Shown: in pieces, positions 21,194 to 31,751 of the stretch | Numbering within the stretch: the stretch's first letter is position 1 | How the letters are laid out: each line of letters opens with the position of its first letter | Origin: Gemmatimonas sp. | GTDB taxonomy: Bacteria; Gemmatimonadota; Gemmatimonadetes; Gemmatimonadales; Gemmatimonadaceae | NCBI GenBank assembly: GCA_965279375.1 | Contig: OZ257156.1 | Span: forward strand, 2,848,001 to 2,912,000 | Length of the DNA: 64,000 nt | Reading direction: 5' to 3' | Made by a program: the position numbers and the translations under genes | The notes under the pieces: model-generated | Database searches by the model: none | The model's input: the letters and a program-made list of their open reading frames with translations, nothing else | What the model was told of the DNA's origin: nothing

Positions 21194-21470
21194 TGAGATC
21201 CGCGGACTGGCTGACGCCGAAGTGACGGCCAAGATCGCCGAGTTGGAGGAGGAGCGCTTTCGGCTTCGCTTCCGCAGTGGGACGGAAGCGCTGGAGGAGC
21301 CGCTGCGGCTCCGCAGCATCCGCAGGGACATCGCGCGCCTGCAGACAGTGCTGCGGGAGCGTGCGCTCGGGCTCAAGCGTGGCGTGAGTGCGCCTGCGCC
21401 TGTCGCAAAGAAGGCGCCCGCCAAGAAGGCGGCAGCGAAGAAGGCCCCTTCTAAGGCCCGCAGCCGCTAA
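21183..21470 (+). CDS. rpmC: 50S ribosomal protein L29 with an Ala/Lys-rich C-terminal tail
   Basis: FRLRF...[14 protein letters not shown]; operon position. Confidence 0.95.
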   Translation: MKADEIRGLADAEVTAKIAELEEERFRLRFRSGTEALEEPLRLRSIRRDIARLQTVLRERALGLKRGVSAPAPVAKKAPAKKAAAKKAPSKARSR

Positions 21471-21481
21471 CCGGGAACTTG

Positions 21482-21784
21482 ATGATGACCGATACGCAGA
21501 ACGCGACAGGCGCCTCGCAGAATGGCGCCGCCGAACGGACCGCGCGGAAGTTTCGCGTCGGACTGGTCGTGAGCGACAAGATGGACAAGACCGTGGTGGT
21601 GCGCATTGATCGCCGCATGCCGCATCCGCAGTATGGCAAAATGGTGACGCGCACCCGGCGCTTGAAGGCTCACGACGAGGAGAACTCGGCGAAGGTCGGC
21701 GACACGGTACGCATCATGGAGACCCGGCCCTTGTCGAAGGACAAGCGGTGGCGCCTGGTCGAGATCGTCGAGCGCGCGCGCTAA
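21482..21784 (+). CDS. rpsQ: 30S ribosomal protein S17
   Basis: [25 protein letters not shown]. Confidence 0.97.
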   Translation: MMTDTQNATGASQNGAAERTARKFRVGLVVSDKMDKTVVVRIDRRMPHPQYGKMVTRTRRLKAHDEENSAKVGDTVRIMETRPLSKDKRWRLVEIVERAR

Positions 21785-21796
21785 GGGAACCCAGCC

Positions 21797-22165
21797 ATGA
21801 TCCAGCAAGAGTCCATCGTGAAGGTTGCGGACAACAGTGGCGCCAAGCGCGCCCTGGTGATCCGTGTGTTGGGCGGCACGCGCCGCCGTTATGCGGGCCT
21901 TGGCGACAAGGTCATCGTGGCGGTGAAGGACGCCCTGCCGAACGGCACTGTGAAGAAGTCCGATGTCGCGAAGGCCGTGGTGGTGCGCACGGTGAAGGAG
22001 ACGCGACGGAAGGACGGCAGCTATATCCGCTTCGACGAGAACGCCGTCGTGATCATCGACGACAAGGGCGAGCCGAAAGCGACGCGTATCTTCGGTCCCG
22101 TGGCGCGCGAGCTCCGCGAGAAGCGTTACATGAAGATCGTCTCGCTGGCGCCAGAGGTGCTCTGA
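21797..22165 (+). CDS. rplN: 50S ribosomal protein L14
   Basis: [25 protein letters not shown]. Confidence 0.99.
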   Translation: MIQQESIVKVADNSGAKRALVIRVLGGTRRRYAGLGDKVIVAVKDALPNGTVKKSDVAKAVVVRTVKETRRKDGSYIRFDENAVVIIDDKGEPKATRIFGPVARELREKRYMKIVSLAPEVL

Positions 22166-22166
22166 G

Positions 22167-22571
22167 ATGCGCGTACACAAGTACTACAAGACCGATCGCG
22201 GCCAGCGCCTGGGCCATGGCCGTCATTCCCTGAAGGCGTCGCGTGAAGCGATCCATGTCACGAAGGGTGACACGGTGCGCGTGATGCGCGGCGACGACAA
22301 GGGGAAGGAAGGCAAGGTCATCATGGTCTACCCCAAGACGGGGCGGATCAAGGTGGAAGGCGTCAACATCGTGAAGAAGCACCGCAAGGCGCGCACGGCC
22401 GAAGAGCAGAGCGGCATCATCGAGATGCCGGCTCCGTTCCACGCCTCGAACGTGATGTTGCTGGATTCCAAGACTGGCAAGCCGACGCGCGTGAAGGCGC
22501 GCATCGACAGCGACGGCACCAAGGAGCGGGTCGGCGTCAAGAGCGGCGAAGTCATCCCCCGCGCACGCTGA
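22167..22571 (+). CDS. rplX: 50S ribosomal protein L24
   Basis: KOW motif [24 protein letters not shown]. Confidence 0.96.
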   Translation: MRVHKYYKTDRGQRLGHGRHSLKASREAIHVTKGDTVRVMRGDDKGKEGKVIMVYPKTGRIKVEGVNIVKKHRKARTAEEQSGIIEMPAPFHASNVMLLDSKTGKPTRVKARIDSDGTKERVGVKSGEVIPRAR

Positions 22572-22588
22572 CCCCCGGAGCATAGACG

Positions 22589-23383
22589 ATGGCGACCAAG
22601 GAAAAGGCCGGCGCGAAGTCCGGCGGCAAGGCAGCAGCAGGTGGCAAGGGTGGCGCAGCCAAGGGCGGCGCGGCCAAGGGTGGAGCGGGCGCATCGAAGG
22701 GTGGCAAGGGCGGCAAGGCCGGCCAGCCGCGCGCGGCGCAGGACTTCACCAAGCGTGAGCATGCGGGTGCGGGCCTCCCGGTGGCGGCCCCCCGTTTGAA
22801 GACGCACTACGAGAGCACGGTCCGCGCGGCGCTGGCGAAGCAGTTCGGCTTCACCAACACGCATCAGATTCCGGAGCTGTCGAAGATCGTGATCAACTGC
22901 GGCGTCGGCGAAGCGGTCAAGCAGCCCAAGCTGCTCGACGTGGTGGTCGAAGAGCTGGCGCTGATCACCGGTCAGAAGCCGGTGCGTCGCAAGGCCAAGA
23001 AGTCGATCTCGAACTTCGGCCTGCGCGAAGGGCAGGAGATCGGTGCGTCGGTGACGATGCGCGGCGCGCGCATGTGGGAGTTCCTCGATCGCTTCGTGAC
23101 GGTGTGCTGCCCGCGTATCCGCGATTTCCGCGGTCTGGGCACGCGTTCGTTCGACGGTCGTGGCAACTACACGCTCGGCATCAAGGAGCAGACGATCTTT
23201 CCGGAGATCAGCTATGATGCGATCGAGTCGATCCACGGCATGGACATCACGTTCGTGACGACGGCGGCGAAGGACGAGCATTCGTTCGCGCTGCTGCATC
23301 AGCTGGGCATGCCGTTCAAGGGCGACGACAAGCCGGTGATCCCCAAGGTGGCGCAGCCGTCGGCCGCGGCCGTCGCGGCGTAA
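22589..23383 (+). CDS. rplE: 50S ribosomal protein L5 with a Gly/Lys-rich N-terminal extension
   Basis: KIVINCGVG, PRIRDFRG, FDGRGNY, IFPEI. Confidence 0.97.
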   Translation: MATKEKAGAKSGGKAAAGGKGGAAKGGAAKGGAGASKGGKGGKAGQPRAAQDFTKREHAGAGLPVAAPRLKTHYESTVRAALAKQFGFTNTHQIPELSKIVINCGVGEAVKQPKLLDVVVEELALITGQKPVRRKAKKSISNFGLREGQEIGASVTMRGARMWEFLDRFVTVCCPRIRDFRGLGTRSFDGRGNYTLGIKEQTIFPEISYDAIESIHGMDITFVTTAAKDEHSFALLHQLGMPFKGDDKPVIPKVAQPSAAAVAA

Positions 23384-23407
23384 GCTCAACTACCGAGAAC
23401 TGATTCC

Positions 23408-23713
23408 ATGGCGAAGACGAGCAAGTTGGCCCGCAATGCGCAGCGCAAGGAACTGGTCGCCCGTTTCGCGACCAAGCGCGCCGCATTGAAGGCTGTGATC
23501 CAGAACCCGAAGAGCACGCAGGAAGAGAAGCTGGTCGCGATCAATGCGCTGCATAAGATGCCGCGCGACTCGTCGGCCACCCGGGTGCGCAACCGCTGCA
23601 GCATGAGCGGCCGTCCCCGTGCTTATCTTCGTACCTTCGGTTTGAGCCGCATCGCCTTGCGCGATATGGCGCTGAACGGCCTGATTCCGGGCGTACGCAA
23701 GGCCAGCTGGTAG
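23408..23713 (+). CDS. rpsN: 30S ribosomal protein S14, long Zn-independent (C-) form
   Basis: 101 aa; [11 protein letters not shown]...FGLSRIALR...IPGVRKASW; only one Cys. Confidence 0.96.
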   Translation: MAKTSKLARNAQRKELVARFATKRAALKAVIQNPKSTQEEKLVAINALHKMPRDSSATRVRNRCSMSGRPRAYLRTFGLSRIALRDMALNGLIPGVRKASW

Positions 23714-23771
23714 TATCCCGATAACAGCTTTGTCGCTCGCACGCCGGCAGCGACTGGTTGTTCCTTTTTCA

Positions 23772-23807
23772 TTCCTAAAGGTCTGCTTCGCGCAGATACC
23801 ATAGGAG
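23772..23807 (+). promoter_or_regulatory. Candidate S8-binding ribosomal leader (16S helix-21 mimic) sequestering the rpsH Shine-Dalgarno
   Basis: TTCCTA-A-AGGTCTGC-TTCGC-GCAGATACC-A-TAGGAG; core AGGUC/GAUACC parallels the rRNA S8 site. Confidence 0.65.
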
Positions 23808-23819
23808 CCGGAAGACGTC

Positions 23820-24221
23820 ATGAGTATGAACGATCCCATCGCGGACATGCTGACTCGACTGCGCAATGCATGCGCGTCGAAGCATCGCCGCGTCGACATG
23901 CCGCTCTCGAAGATCAAGGTCGAGATTGCGCGCGTCCTCAAGGAAAACAACTTCATCCAGGACTACCGCACGGTTGAACTGGAAGATGGCAAGCACGCCC
24001 TGCGCGTGATTCTCAAGTACGCGCACGGCGGCCAGTCGGTCATCCGTGAGGCGAAGCGCATTTCGACGCCGGGTCTGCGGAAGTACGTGGGCGCGATGGA
24101 GATCCCGCGCGTGCGCAACGGTCTCGGCATGGCGATCCTCAGCACGTCGAAGGGCATCATGTGCGGACGTACGGCGCGCTCCACCAACACCGGGGGCGAA
24201 TTGCTCGCCCTCGTCTGGTAA
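23820..24221 (+). CDS. rpsH: 30S ribosomal protein S8
   Basis: [33 protein letters not shown]. Confidence 0.99.
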   Translation: MSMNDPIADMLTRLRNACASKHRRVDMPLSKIKVEIARVLKENNFIQDYRTVELEDGKHALRVILKYAHGGQSVIREAKRISTPGLRKYVGAMEIPRVRNGLGMAILSTSKGIMCGRTARSTNTGGELLALVW

Positions 24222-24232
24222 GGGACGCTCTC

Positions 24233-24771
<539 letters not shown>

Positions 24772-24772
<1 letters not shown>

Positions 24773-25128
24773 TGGCCAAGATCGCGATCCCGCGTACCAA
24801 TGCAGAGCGGCGTGCGCGCCGCCACCTGCGGGTGCGCAAAGCGGTGAACGGTACGGCGGAGCGTCCGCGTCTGGTGGTGTTCCGTTCGCTGAAGCACATC
24901 TACGCCCAGATCGTGGACGACGTCACGCAGAAGACGTTGATGACGGTCGGCGACGAGAAGATGGAAGGCACGAAGTCCGAGCGCGCGCTCGCCGTGGGCA
25001 AGTCGGTCGCGGAGAAGGCGAAGGCGGCGGGTATCGCCAAGGTCGTGTTCGATCGCGCTGGTTACCAATACCACGGCCGCGTGAAGGCTGTGGCCGATGG
25101 CGCCCGCGAGGGAGGCCTGGAGTTCTGA
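24772..25128 (+). CDS. rplR: 50S ribosomal protein L18
   Basis: [27 protein letters not shown]. Confidence 0.98.
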
Positions 25129-25943
25129 TGATGGCAAACGCAGCAGGTTCAGGTGGCGCGCCCGGCGGCAGCGCCCGTAGCGGTGGTGGTCCTGGCGGCC
25201 GTGGTCGTGGTGGCCCGGGCGGCGGTCGTGGCGGCCCAGGTGGCGGTCGCGGTCGTGGTCCCGGCGGCCCGGGTGGCCCCGGCGGTCCCGGTGGTGGTCG
25301 TGGGCGCGGTCCGGGTGGCGAAGGCGGCCCGGCCGGCCGTGATGGTCGTGGGCGTGGCGGGGACGGCGGTCGTCCCGGTCAGGAACGCGAGCAGAGCGAT
25401 CTGGTAGAAAACGTGATCGCGATCAATCGCGTCGCGAAGGTCGTAAAGGGTGGTCGTCGTTTCTCGTTCAACGCGCTCGTCGCGGTGGGCGATGGTCAGG
25501 GTAAGGTTGGCTTTGCCACCGGCAAGGCGAACGAAGTCTCCGAAGCGGTGCGCAAGGCGGTTGATGCCGCGCGTCGCAACATGGTGACGATCCCGCTGAC
25601 CGGTTCGACGATCCCGCATGAAGTCGTGGGCAAGCATGGCGCCGGCAAGGTGTTGATGAAGCCGGCCGCGCCTGGTGCTGGTGTGATTGCTGGTGGTGCG
25701 GTGCGCGCGGTGCTCGAGTGCGCAGGCGTCCACGACATTCTCACCAAGTCGCTCGGCTCCACGAATCCGCACAACATGGTGCTGGCGGCGCTGGACGGCC
25801 TGACGCATCTGATCACGGTTGAGCAGGCTGCCAAGGAACGCGGCATCGAAGTTTCGCAGATCGACTACAAGTCGCGTGCGAAGTCGCGGACCGAAGTGGC
25901 TGACCATCGCAAGGCTGCCGTCACGGCGGCGGGAGTGGCGTAA
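25128..25943 (+). CDS. rpsE: 30S ribosomal protein S5 with a long RGG/Gly-Pro N-terminal extension
   Basis: [30 protein letters not shown]. Confidence 0.96.
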   Translation: MMANAAGSGGAPGGSARSGGGPGGRGRGGPGGGRGGPGGGRGRGPGGPGGPGGPGGGRGRGPGGEGGPAGRDGRGRGGDGGRPGQEREQSDLVENVIAINRVAKVVKGGRRFSFNALVAVGDGQGKVGFATGKANEVSEAVRKAVDAARRNMVTIPLTGSTIPHEVVGKHGAGKVLMKPAAPGAGVIAGGAVRAVLECAGVHDILTKSLGSTNPHNMVLAALDGLTHLITVEQAAKERGIEVSQIDYKSRAKSRTEVADHRKAAVTAAGVA

Positions 25944-26197
25944 TGGCTCGCACATTCGTGTGGCATCCGTCGAAGGGTCCGGCCACGACGCCGAAGGATC
26001 AGGCGCCGACGGCTGGTTTGGTTCTGATCACGCAGGTGCGCAGCGGCATTGGCCATTCGTGGCGCATGCTCCGCACGCTCGAGGCGATCGGACTCAAGCA
26101 TCATCAGGCTAGCGTCGTGCAGCAGGATTCCGCCTCGCTGCGCGGTCAGCTCAAGAAGGTTCGTCACCTGGTGTCAGTGACGCCGGTGGAGGGGTAA
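25943..26197 (+). CDS. rpmD: 50S ribosomal protein L30
   Basis: ITQVRSGIG...TLEAIGL...RGQLKKVRHLV; position. Confidence 0.93.
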   Translation: MARTFVWHPSKGPATTPKDQAPTAGLVLITQVRSGIGHSWRMLRTLEAIGLKHHQASVVQQDSASLRGQLKKVRHLVSVTPVEG

Positions 26198-26200
26198 CTC

Positions 26201-26686
26201 GTGGCTACGAAGAACAGCGGCGCCGAAGGCGCCGAGAAGATCGGACTGCACAACCTTGCGCCGGCTCCGGGCTCGCACCGGAACCGCAAGCGCATCGGTC
26301 GCGGTCCTGGCTCCGGCACCGGCAAGACGTCCGGCAAGGGTCACAAGGGTTCCATGGCGCGTTCTGGCCACGGCGGTCCTGGTGGCGGCAAGCCGCACTT
26401 CGAAGGCGGCCAGATGCCGATCACGCGTCGCATTCCGAAGCGCGGGTTTACGAACCCGTTCAAGGAGTATGCGCAGGAAGTGCGTCTCGATTCGCTGGCG
26501 CAGTTGGCTGGCGATGAAGTGACGACGGAAGCGCTGGTCGCCGCGGGCTTGATCCGCGACGGGCACGGTCCGGCCAAGCTGCTCGCGAACGGCGATGTGC
26601 CGCGCGCGTTCACGGTGAAGGGCGTGAAGTTGAGCGCCGGCGCCAAAGCGAAGATCGAAGCGGCCGGTGGCCGCGTCGACGGCTGA
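26201..26686 (+). CDS. rplO: 50S ribosomal protein L15
   Basis: RIGRGPGSGTGKT, FEGGQMP, PKRGF. Confidence 0.98.
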   Translation: MATKNSGAEGAEKIGLHNLAPAPGSHRNRKRIGRGPGSGTGKTSGKGHKGSMARSGHGGPGGGKPHFEGGQMPITRRIPKRGFTNPFKEYAQEVRLDSLAQLAGDEVTTEALVAAGLIRDGHGPAKLLANGDVPRAFTVKGVKLSAGAKAKIEAAGGRVDG

Positions 26687-26703
26687 GGGAGAGCCCCCGG
26701 CGC

Positions 26704-28050
26704 ATGGCAGAGCAGAACAACAAGGCGGCGCAGGCCGTCGCCAACATCTACCAGACGCCTGAACTCTGGGCGAAGATCGTATTCACCTTCGTGTGTTTGC
26801 TGATCTATCGCACCGGTGCGCATATCACCGCGCCCGGCATCGACGTTCAGGCGCTGACGGATTATTTCGCACGGCAGCAGGGCGGCGGACTTCTGGGTCT
26901 GTATGACCTGTTCGTGGGTGGCGGCTTGTCTCGCGCCACCGTGTTCGCGCTCGGCATCATGCCGTACATCTCTGCGAGCATCTTCATCCAGATCGCCGGT
27001 GCGGTGTTGCCGACGGTCGACAAGATGCAGAAGGACGAAGAAGGGCGGAAAAAGCTGACCCAGTACACGCGCTACCTCACGGTGGTGCTGGCGCTGGTGC
27101 AGGCATACGGTTTCGCCCTCTTCACCGCGTCACTGCCGGCGGCTGTCTCCCGTCCGGGGCCGACGTTCATCATCCAGATGATGCTCTTCCTCACCACGGG
27201 CGCGATTTTCGTCATGTGGCTGGGCGAGCAGATCACCGAGCGTGGCCTGGGTAACGGTGCGTCGCTGATCATCTTCTTCTCGATCGTCGAGCGCATGTGG
27301 CCCGCGATCCTGCAGACGTTCAACTTCGTCACGACGGGCGCGATCGCGCCGCTGTCGCTGGTGGTGTTGGCGCTGGTGATGGTCGGTGTCGTGGCTGGCG
27401 TGGTGGCCATCACCGTGGCTGCCCGTCGCGTGCTGATCCAGATCCCGCAGCGCACGATGGCGCGCGGTCGTCAGCGTGAAGCGGCTCGCAACTTCATTCC
27501 GCTGCGCATCAACACGGCCGGCGTGATGCCGATCATCTTCGCTCAGTCGGTGATCGTGATTCCCGGTGCGATCGCGCAGTTCAGCGGGAACGCCAAGGCG
27601 CAGGAAATTGCGGAGTACTTCAATCCGCAGGGTCCGAATCCGTGGCTCTATTTTGTCCTGTCGGCCATCCTCATCCTGCTGTTCACGTACTTCTACACCT
27701 CGATCATCTTCAATCCGGTCGACCTGGCCGAGAACCTGAAGAAGCAGGGCGGGTTCGTGCCGGGCATCAAGCCGGGCGCGAAGACGGCGGAATACATCGA
27801 GCAGGTGGTGGAGCGTATCACGCTTCCCGGCGCGATCTTCCTGACGTTCATCGCTCTGATGCCGATCGTGATTGCCCGTCTGGTCAACGTTCCCTTCGCG
27901 TTCGGCGGCACGTCGCTGCTGATCGTCGTGGGTGTGGCGCTCGACACGATGGCGCAGATGCAGCAGCACCTGTTGCTGCGCAAGTACGACGGCTTCATGA
28001 AGAAGGGCCGTGTCCGCTTCCGCGGACGTCAGGCGACCGGTGGCTTCTAG
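26704..28050 (+). CDS. secY: Preprotein translocase subunit SecY
   Basis: FALGIMPYISASI, WLGEQITERG, GVMPIIFA, GGTSLLIVVGV. Confidence 0.99.
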   Translation: MAEQNNKAAQAVANIYQTPELWAKIVFTFVCLLIYRTGAHITAPGIDVQALTDYFARQQGGGLLGLYDLFVGGGLSRATVFALGIMPYISASIFIQIAGAVLPTVDKMQKDEEGRKKLTQYTRYLTVVLALVQAYGFALFTASLPAAVSRPGPTFIIQMMLFLTTGAIFVMWLGEQITERGLGNGASLIIFFSIVERMWPAILQTFNFVTTGAIAPLSLVVLALVMVGVVAGVVAITVAARRVLIQIPQRTMARGRQREAARNFIPLRINTAGVMPIIFAQSVIVIPGAIAQFSGNAKAQEIAEYFNPQGPNPWLYFVLSAILILLFTYFYTSIIFNPVDLAENLKKQGGFVPGIKPGAKTAEYIEQVVERITLPGAIFLTFIALMPIVIARLVNVPFAFGGTSLLIVVGVALDTMAQMQQHLLLRKYDGFMKKGRVRFRGRQATGGF

Positions 28051-28069
28051 CACACACGAGTAATTCGGA

Positions 28070-28717
28070 ATGGTCATCGTCCTGCTCGGACCTCCGGGCG
28101 CAGGAAAAGGAACCCAAGGCGAGCGGCTCGCCGAGCGCCTTGGGGTTCCGAAGATCGCAACAGGTGACGTACTACGAGCGGCGGTTCGCGAAGGCACGCC
28201 GCTCGGACTGGAAGCGAAAGCGGCAATGGATCGCGGTGACCTTGTCCCCGATTCCGTCATCATGGGCATCATGGGTGAGGCGCTCGCGGCCCCCAGTGCC
28301 GCCAAGGGCGTCATCCTCGACGGCGTCGTGCGCACCACGCCGCAGGCCGAGGGACTCAACGCGATGCTGTCCACGCTTGGCCGTAAGGTCGATGCGGTGC
28401 TGCTCTTCGATATCGCGGAAGACGAGTTGGTGCGTCGCCTGAGCGGCCGCACCACCTGTGATGTCTGCCAACGTCCGTTCTTCGGGCGTGAGCCCGGTGA
28501 GCTGTGCGCAGTGGACGGCCACGCACCACAGGGCACGCTCGTTCGCCGCAAGGACGACGAGCCGGACGCGGTACGCAAGCGTCTGACCGTGTATCGCGAC
28601 CAGACGGCTCCAGTGATCACGTGGTACGAACAGGCGGGCGCCAAGCTCGTCCATATCGACGCGATGGGTTCCCTCGACGACGTGGAAGCGCGCGCGCTGA
28701 AGGCCCTCGAGTCCTGA
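28070..28717 (+). CDS. adk: Adenylate kinase
   Basis: GPPGAGKGTQ, TGDVLR, LID CxxC...CxxD, RRKDD. Confidence 0.97.
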   Translation: MVIVLLGPPGAGKGTQGERLAERLGVPKIATGDVLRAAVREGTPLGLEAKAAMDRGDLVPDSVIMGIMGEALAAPSAAKGVILDGVVRTTPQAEGLNAMLSTLGRKVDAVLLFDIAEDELVRRLSGRTTCDVCQRPFFGREPGELCAVDGHAPQGTLVRRKDDEPDAVRKRLTVYRDQTAPVITWYEQAGAKLVHIDAMGSLDDVEARALKALES

Positions 28718-28719
28718 CC

Positions 28720-29499
28720 ATGACCCTCGGGTCATCTGCTCCAACGACGCTGCTCAAATCCGCGCGGGAAATCGAAGTCATGGCGCGTGGCGGAGCGATC
28801 CTCTACGCCACGTTGCAGGAAGCCCGCGCGGCGGTGCGTCCGGGGATTACTACGCTCGAACTCGACACGATCTGCGAATCGTTCATTCGCAGTCATGCGG
28901 GCGCCGAACCTGCCTTCAAGGGACTCTACGGATTTCCGGGCAGCGCGTGCATCTCGGTCAACGAAGAAATCGTGCACGGCATCCCCTCGCGGAAGCGCGT
29001 GCTCCACGAGGGCGACATCGTCACCCTCGACGTTGGCGTGAAGCTCGAAGGGATGTACACCGATTCGGCGATCACCGTCCCCGTCGGCCCCATCGATGAC
29101 CTGACCACGCAACTGCTGGATGTCACGCAGCGCGGGCTCGCTGCGGGCATTGCCGCTGCCACCGTGGACAATCACGTGGGCGACATCGGCGCGGCGATTC
29201 AGACCGTGGTGGAAGCGGAAGGCTTCTCCATCGTGCGCGAACTGGTCGGACACGGCGTCGGCTTCTCGCTCCATGAAGAGCTGCAGATCCCAAACTACGG
29301 CAAGCCCAAGCGAGGCAAGAAGCTGCAGGCCGGGCTCACCATCGCCATCGAACCGATGGTGAACGTTGGGACGGCGAAGACCCGCACGCTGAGCGACAAG
29401 TGGACGGTTGTCACAGCAGACGGAAAGAGGTCTGCGCACTTTGAGCACACGGTGGCCATCACCGATGCTGGCCCCCGCATTCTGACGCTTCCAGGCTGA
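28720..29499 (+). CDS. map: Type I methionine aminopeptidase
   Basis: CISVNEEIVHGIP, GHGVG..LHE, AIEPM, SAHFEHT. Confidence 0.97.
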   Translation: MTLGSSAPTTLLKSAREIEVMARGGAILYATLQEARAAVRPGITTLELDTICESFIRSHAGAEPAFKGLYGFPGSACISVNEEIVHGIPSRKRVLHEGDIVTLDVGVKLEGMYTDSAITVPVGPIDDLTTQLLDVTQRGLAAGIAAATVDNHVGDIGAAIQTVVEAEGFSIVRELVGHGVGFSLHEELQIPNYGKPKRGKKLQAGLTIAIEPMVNVGTAKTRTLSDKWTVVTADGKRSAHFEHTVAITDAGPRILTLPG

Positions 29500-29510
29500 G
29501 GACTCCGATC

Positions 29511-30083
29511 ATGCGCCCTGCCGCTGTTGCCGTTCGTCTTGCACTGCTCGCATGCGCTGGATTTGCTCCACTCGCCACACTGTCCGCACAGACGCCGCAA
29601 ACGGCGCCCGTGGTGGCGGACCTGATCAAGGACGTTGACGGCACGGCCAAGAAGTTCATCGATCTGGCCAAGGCCACGCCGCCGGAAAAGTTCGGCTGGC
29701 GTCCGGCTGCAGGTGTGCGCTCGGTCGGTGAAGTCTTTCTGCACGTCGCCTCCGACAACTACCTGATTCCGTCCGGATACGGCGTGGCAATCCCCGCGTC
29801 GACGGGTATCAAGGCGACCGACTTCAAGACGCTCGAGACGTACGAAAAGCAGAAGCTTACGCGCGAGCAGATTGTCGCCGAATTGGAGAAGAGCTTCGTG
29901 CACCTCAAGGCAGCGATGGCGCGCACGACATCCGCCGATCTCTCCAAGAGCCTGTCGATGTTCGGCATGACGACGACGCAGCAGGCGATGTGGATCGGTG
30001 GCACGACGCACCTGCACGAGCACCTCGGTCAGTCTATCGCCTACGCGCGCAGCAACGGCGTGACGCCGCCCTGGAGCAAGTAA
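29511..30083 (+). CDS. Secreted DinB/YfiT-like four-helix protein
   Basis: Signal peptide; WRP..GVRSVGEVFLH and HLHEHLGQ...YAR..GVTPPW. Confidence 0.8.
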   Translation: MRPAAVAVRLALLACAGFAPLATLSAQTPQTAPVVADLIKDVDGTAKKFIDLAKATPPEKFGWRPAAGVRSVGEVFLHVASDNYLIPSGYGVAIPASTGIKATDFKTLETYEKQKLTREQIVAELEKSFVHLKAAMARTTSADLSKSLSMFGMTTTQQAMWIGGTTHLHEHLGQSIAYARSNGVTPPWSK

Positions 30084-30118
30084 CGCTACGTCAGCTCTGC
30101 ATCGTCACACCGGAACAA

Positions 30119-30151
30119 AAGCGGCGCGCTCATTCGATGAGCGCGCCGTTT
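30119..30151. terminator. Bidirectional intrinsic terminator between the DinB gene and ftcD
   Basis: AAGCGGCGCGCTCAT-TCG-ATGAGCGCGCCGTTT between convergent genes. Confidence 0.75.
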
Positions 30152-30180
30152 GTACATCAGCCTAACTCTGCATTGATACG

Positions 30181-31713
30181 CTAGGCGGGAGTCATCGACC
30201 GTTCGGCGGCGGCTTCCGCCAATCGCGCATTCACAGCGGCGGCATCCAAGCAGGCACGCGCTTCGGTCGCGAGGCGAATGCGCGCGTCGGGCGCATCGTC
30301 GCCGAGCGTGCTGATATTGATGCGCACGTTGAGCACCGCACCCTTGCACGCGGCCTCCGCCATCAGTGCGGCCACGGCGGCATCGGAGACCGCGTTGGTG
30401 TTCCCACGCTCGGCGACCGTCGCTGCGACTTCCGCCACCTGCACCGCGGCGCGCGCAGTTTCCAGCGGGACCTCCGCGGCAAAGATCAGCGCATCGCGGA
30501 TCGCAGCGGCACGTGCCGTAGCTGCACTCTCCGGCTCCTGCGGCATGGCGTACGCGGCGCGCACCTTTTCATAGGCGTCAGCGTCACGCTGCACGAGTGA
30601 CGTGAGTTGTCGACGCAGGGCTGAGGCGCGCAGCGAGAGCGCCTTCATTTCGTCTTCCACGGCGGCGTACTTCTTCCTGCCGACCGTTAGCCCGACAACC
30701 ATCTGCGCGAGCGCGGCGCCGAGGGCACCGGCGTGCGCCGCAACGCTACCGCCGCCGGGCGTGGGCACCGGTGCGGCGATGCGTGAGACGAACGCGTCGA
30801 GCGCTTCACCGCCGCTGACCGCATCGCGTACTGTGTGTTCGAGGAGCATCGCCTTGGAGAAGCCGCGCAGCTGCACGTGCCGCGCGCCTGCATCCAGCAG
30901 CACGCGCTCCGGCACGAGCCCGACGATCTCGCTCCACGTGGGCACCACGCCAAACGCGGCGGCTTCGTTGCGTACGAACTCGTACACGCGATGCAGCGGC
31001 GTCTTTTCCGTGTCCACGAGGTTCATGGACACCTGCGCTTGTCCATCGACTTCGAGCCCGAGCCCCTTCACGTAGCGCAGTCCGCCCGACGAGCCGCGCA
31101 CGGCCTTGGCCACTTCCTTCGCCACGGGAAGATTCGCGGCGTCGCCGAGGTACACGTTGTAGGCGACGAGGAAGGGGCGCGCACCGAAGGCCGTGGCGCC
31201 GGCCGTGGGATGCAGCGCGGCGTCGCCGAAGTCGGGGCGACGTGCGGCGTTCGTCGTCACCTCGTCACGCAGCCCTTCGAATTCACCGCGCCGCACGTCG
31301 GCGAGGTTCTCGCGAGCCGGCGTAGCGGCCGCGCGTTCGTACAGGTAGCTGGGGATGCCCAACTCGCGCCACGCGCGCTCACCCAGCTCACGCGCGAGGC
31401 CGATGCAGTCGTCCATCGTGGCGCCGTCGAGCGGGATGAACGGCACAACGTCGGTGGCGCCGATGCGTGGATGCTCGCCGTGATGTTTGGTGAGATCGAT
31501 GAGATCGCGCGCCACACGCATTGCGTTGAACGCCGCGGTCACCGCGCCGTCGAGCGGCGCAACGAAGGTGATGACCGTGCGGTGGTGCGACGGATCGCTC
31601 GAGACATCGAGGACGTGGGCACCGGGAGAGTTGGCGATCGCATCGCGAATGGCGGCGATGACTGCGGGATCTCGGCCTTCAGAGAAATTCGGGACGCATT
31701 CGACGAGAGACAT
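30181..31713 (-). CDS. ftcD: Glutamate formimidoyltransferase / formiminoTHF cyclodeaminase (fused)
   Basis: VECVPNFSEGR, HPRIGATDVVPF, PTPGGGS, GNTNAVSD. Confidence 0.92.
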   Translation of the reverse strand: MSLVECVPNFSEGRDPAVIAAIRDAIANSPGAHVLDVSSDPSHHRTVITFVAPLDGAVTAAFNAMRVARDLIDLTKHHGEHPRIGATDVVPFIPLDGATMDDCIGLARELGERAWRELGIPSYLYERAAATPARENLADVRRGEFEGLRDEVTTNAARRPDFGDAALHPTAGATAFGARPFLVAYNVYLGDAANLPVAKEVAKAVRGSSGGLRYVKGLGLEVDGQAQVSMNLVDTEKTPLHRVYEFVRNEAAAFGVVPTWSEIVGLVPERVLLDAGARHVQLRGFSKAMLLEHTVRDAVSGGEALDAFVSRIAAPVPTPGGGSVAAHAGALGAALAQMVVGLTVGRKKYAAVEDEMKALSLRASALRRQLTSLVQRDADAYEKVRAAYAMPQEPESAATARAAAIRDALIFAAEVPLETARAAVQVAEVAATVAERGNTNAVSDAAVAALMAEAACKGAVLNVRINISTLGDDAPDARIRLATEARACLDAAAVNARLAEAAAERSMTPA

Positions 31714-31751
31714 GGGCGGGACGCGGCGGGAGATTGGTGGGATCGTGGATG

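Noticed and set aside
25140..25380. GGTGGC/GGCGGT repeats as a CRISPR array or VNTR
   Set aside because: In-frame Gly/Arg/Pro codons of the S5 extension; no repeat-spacer structure
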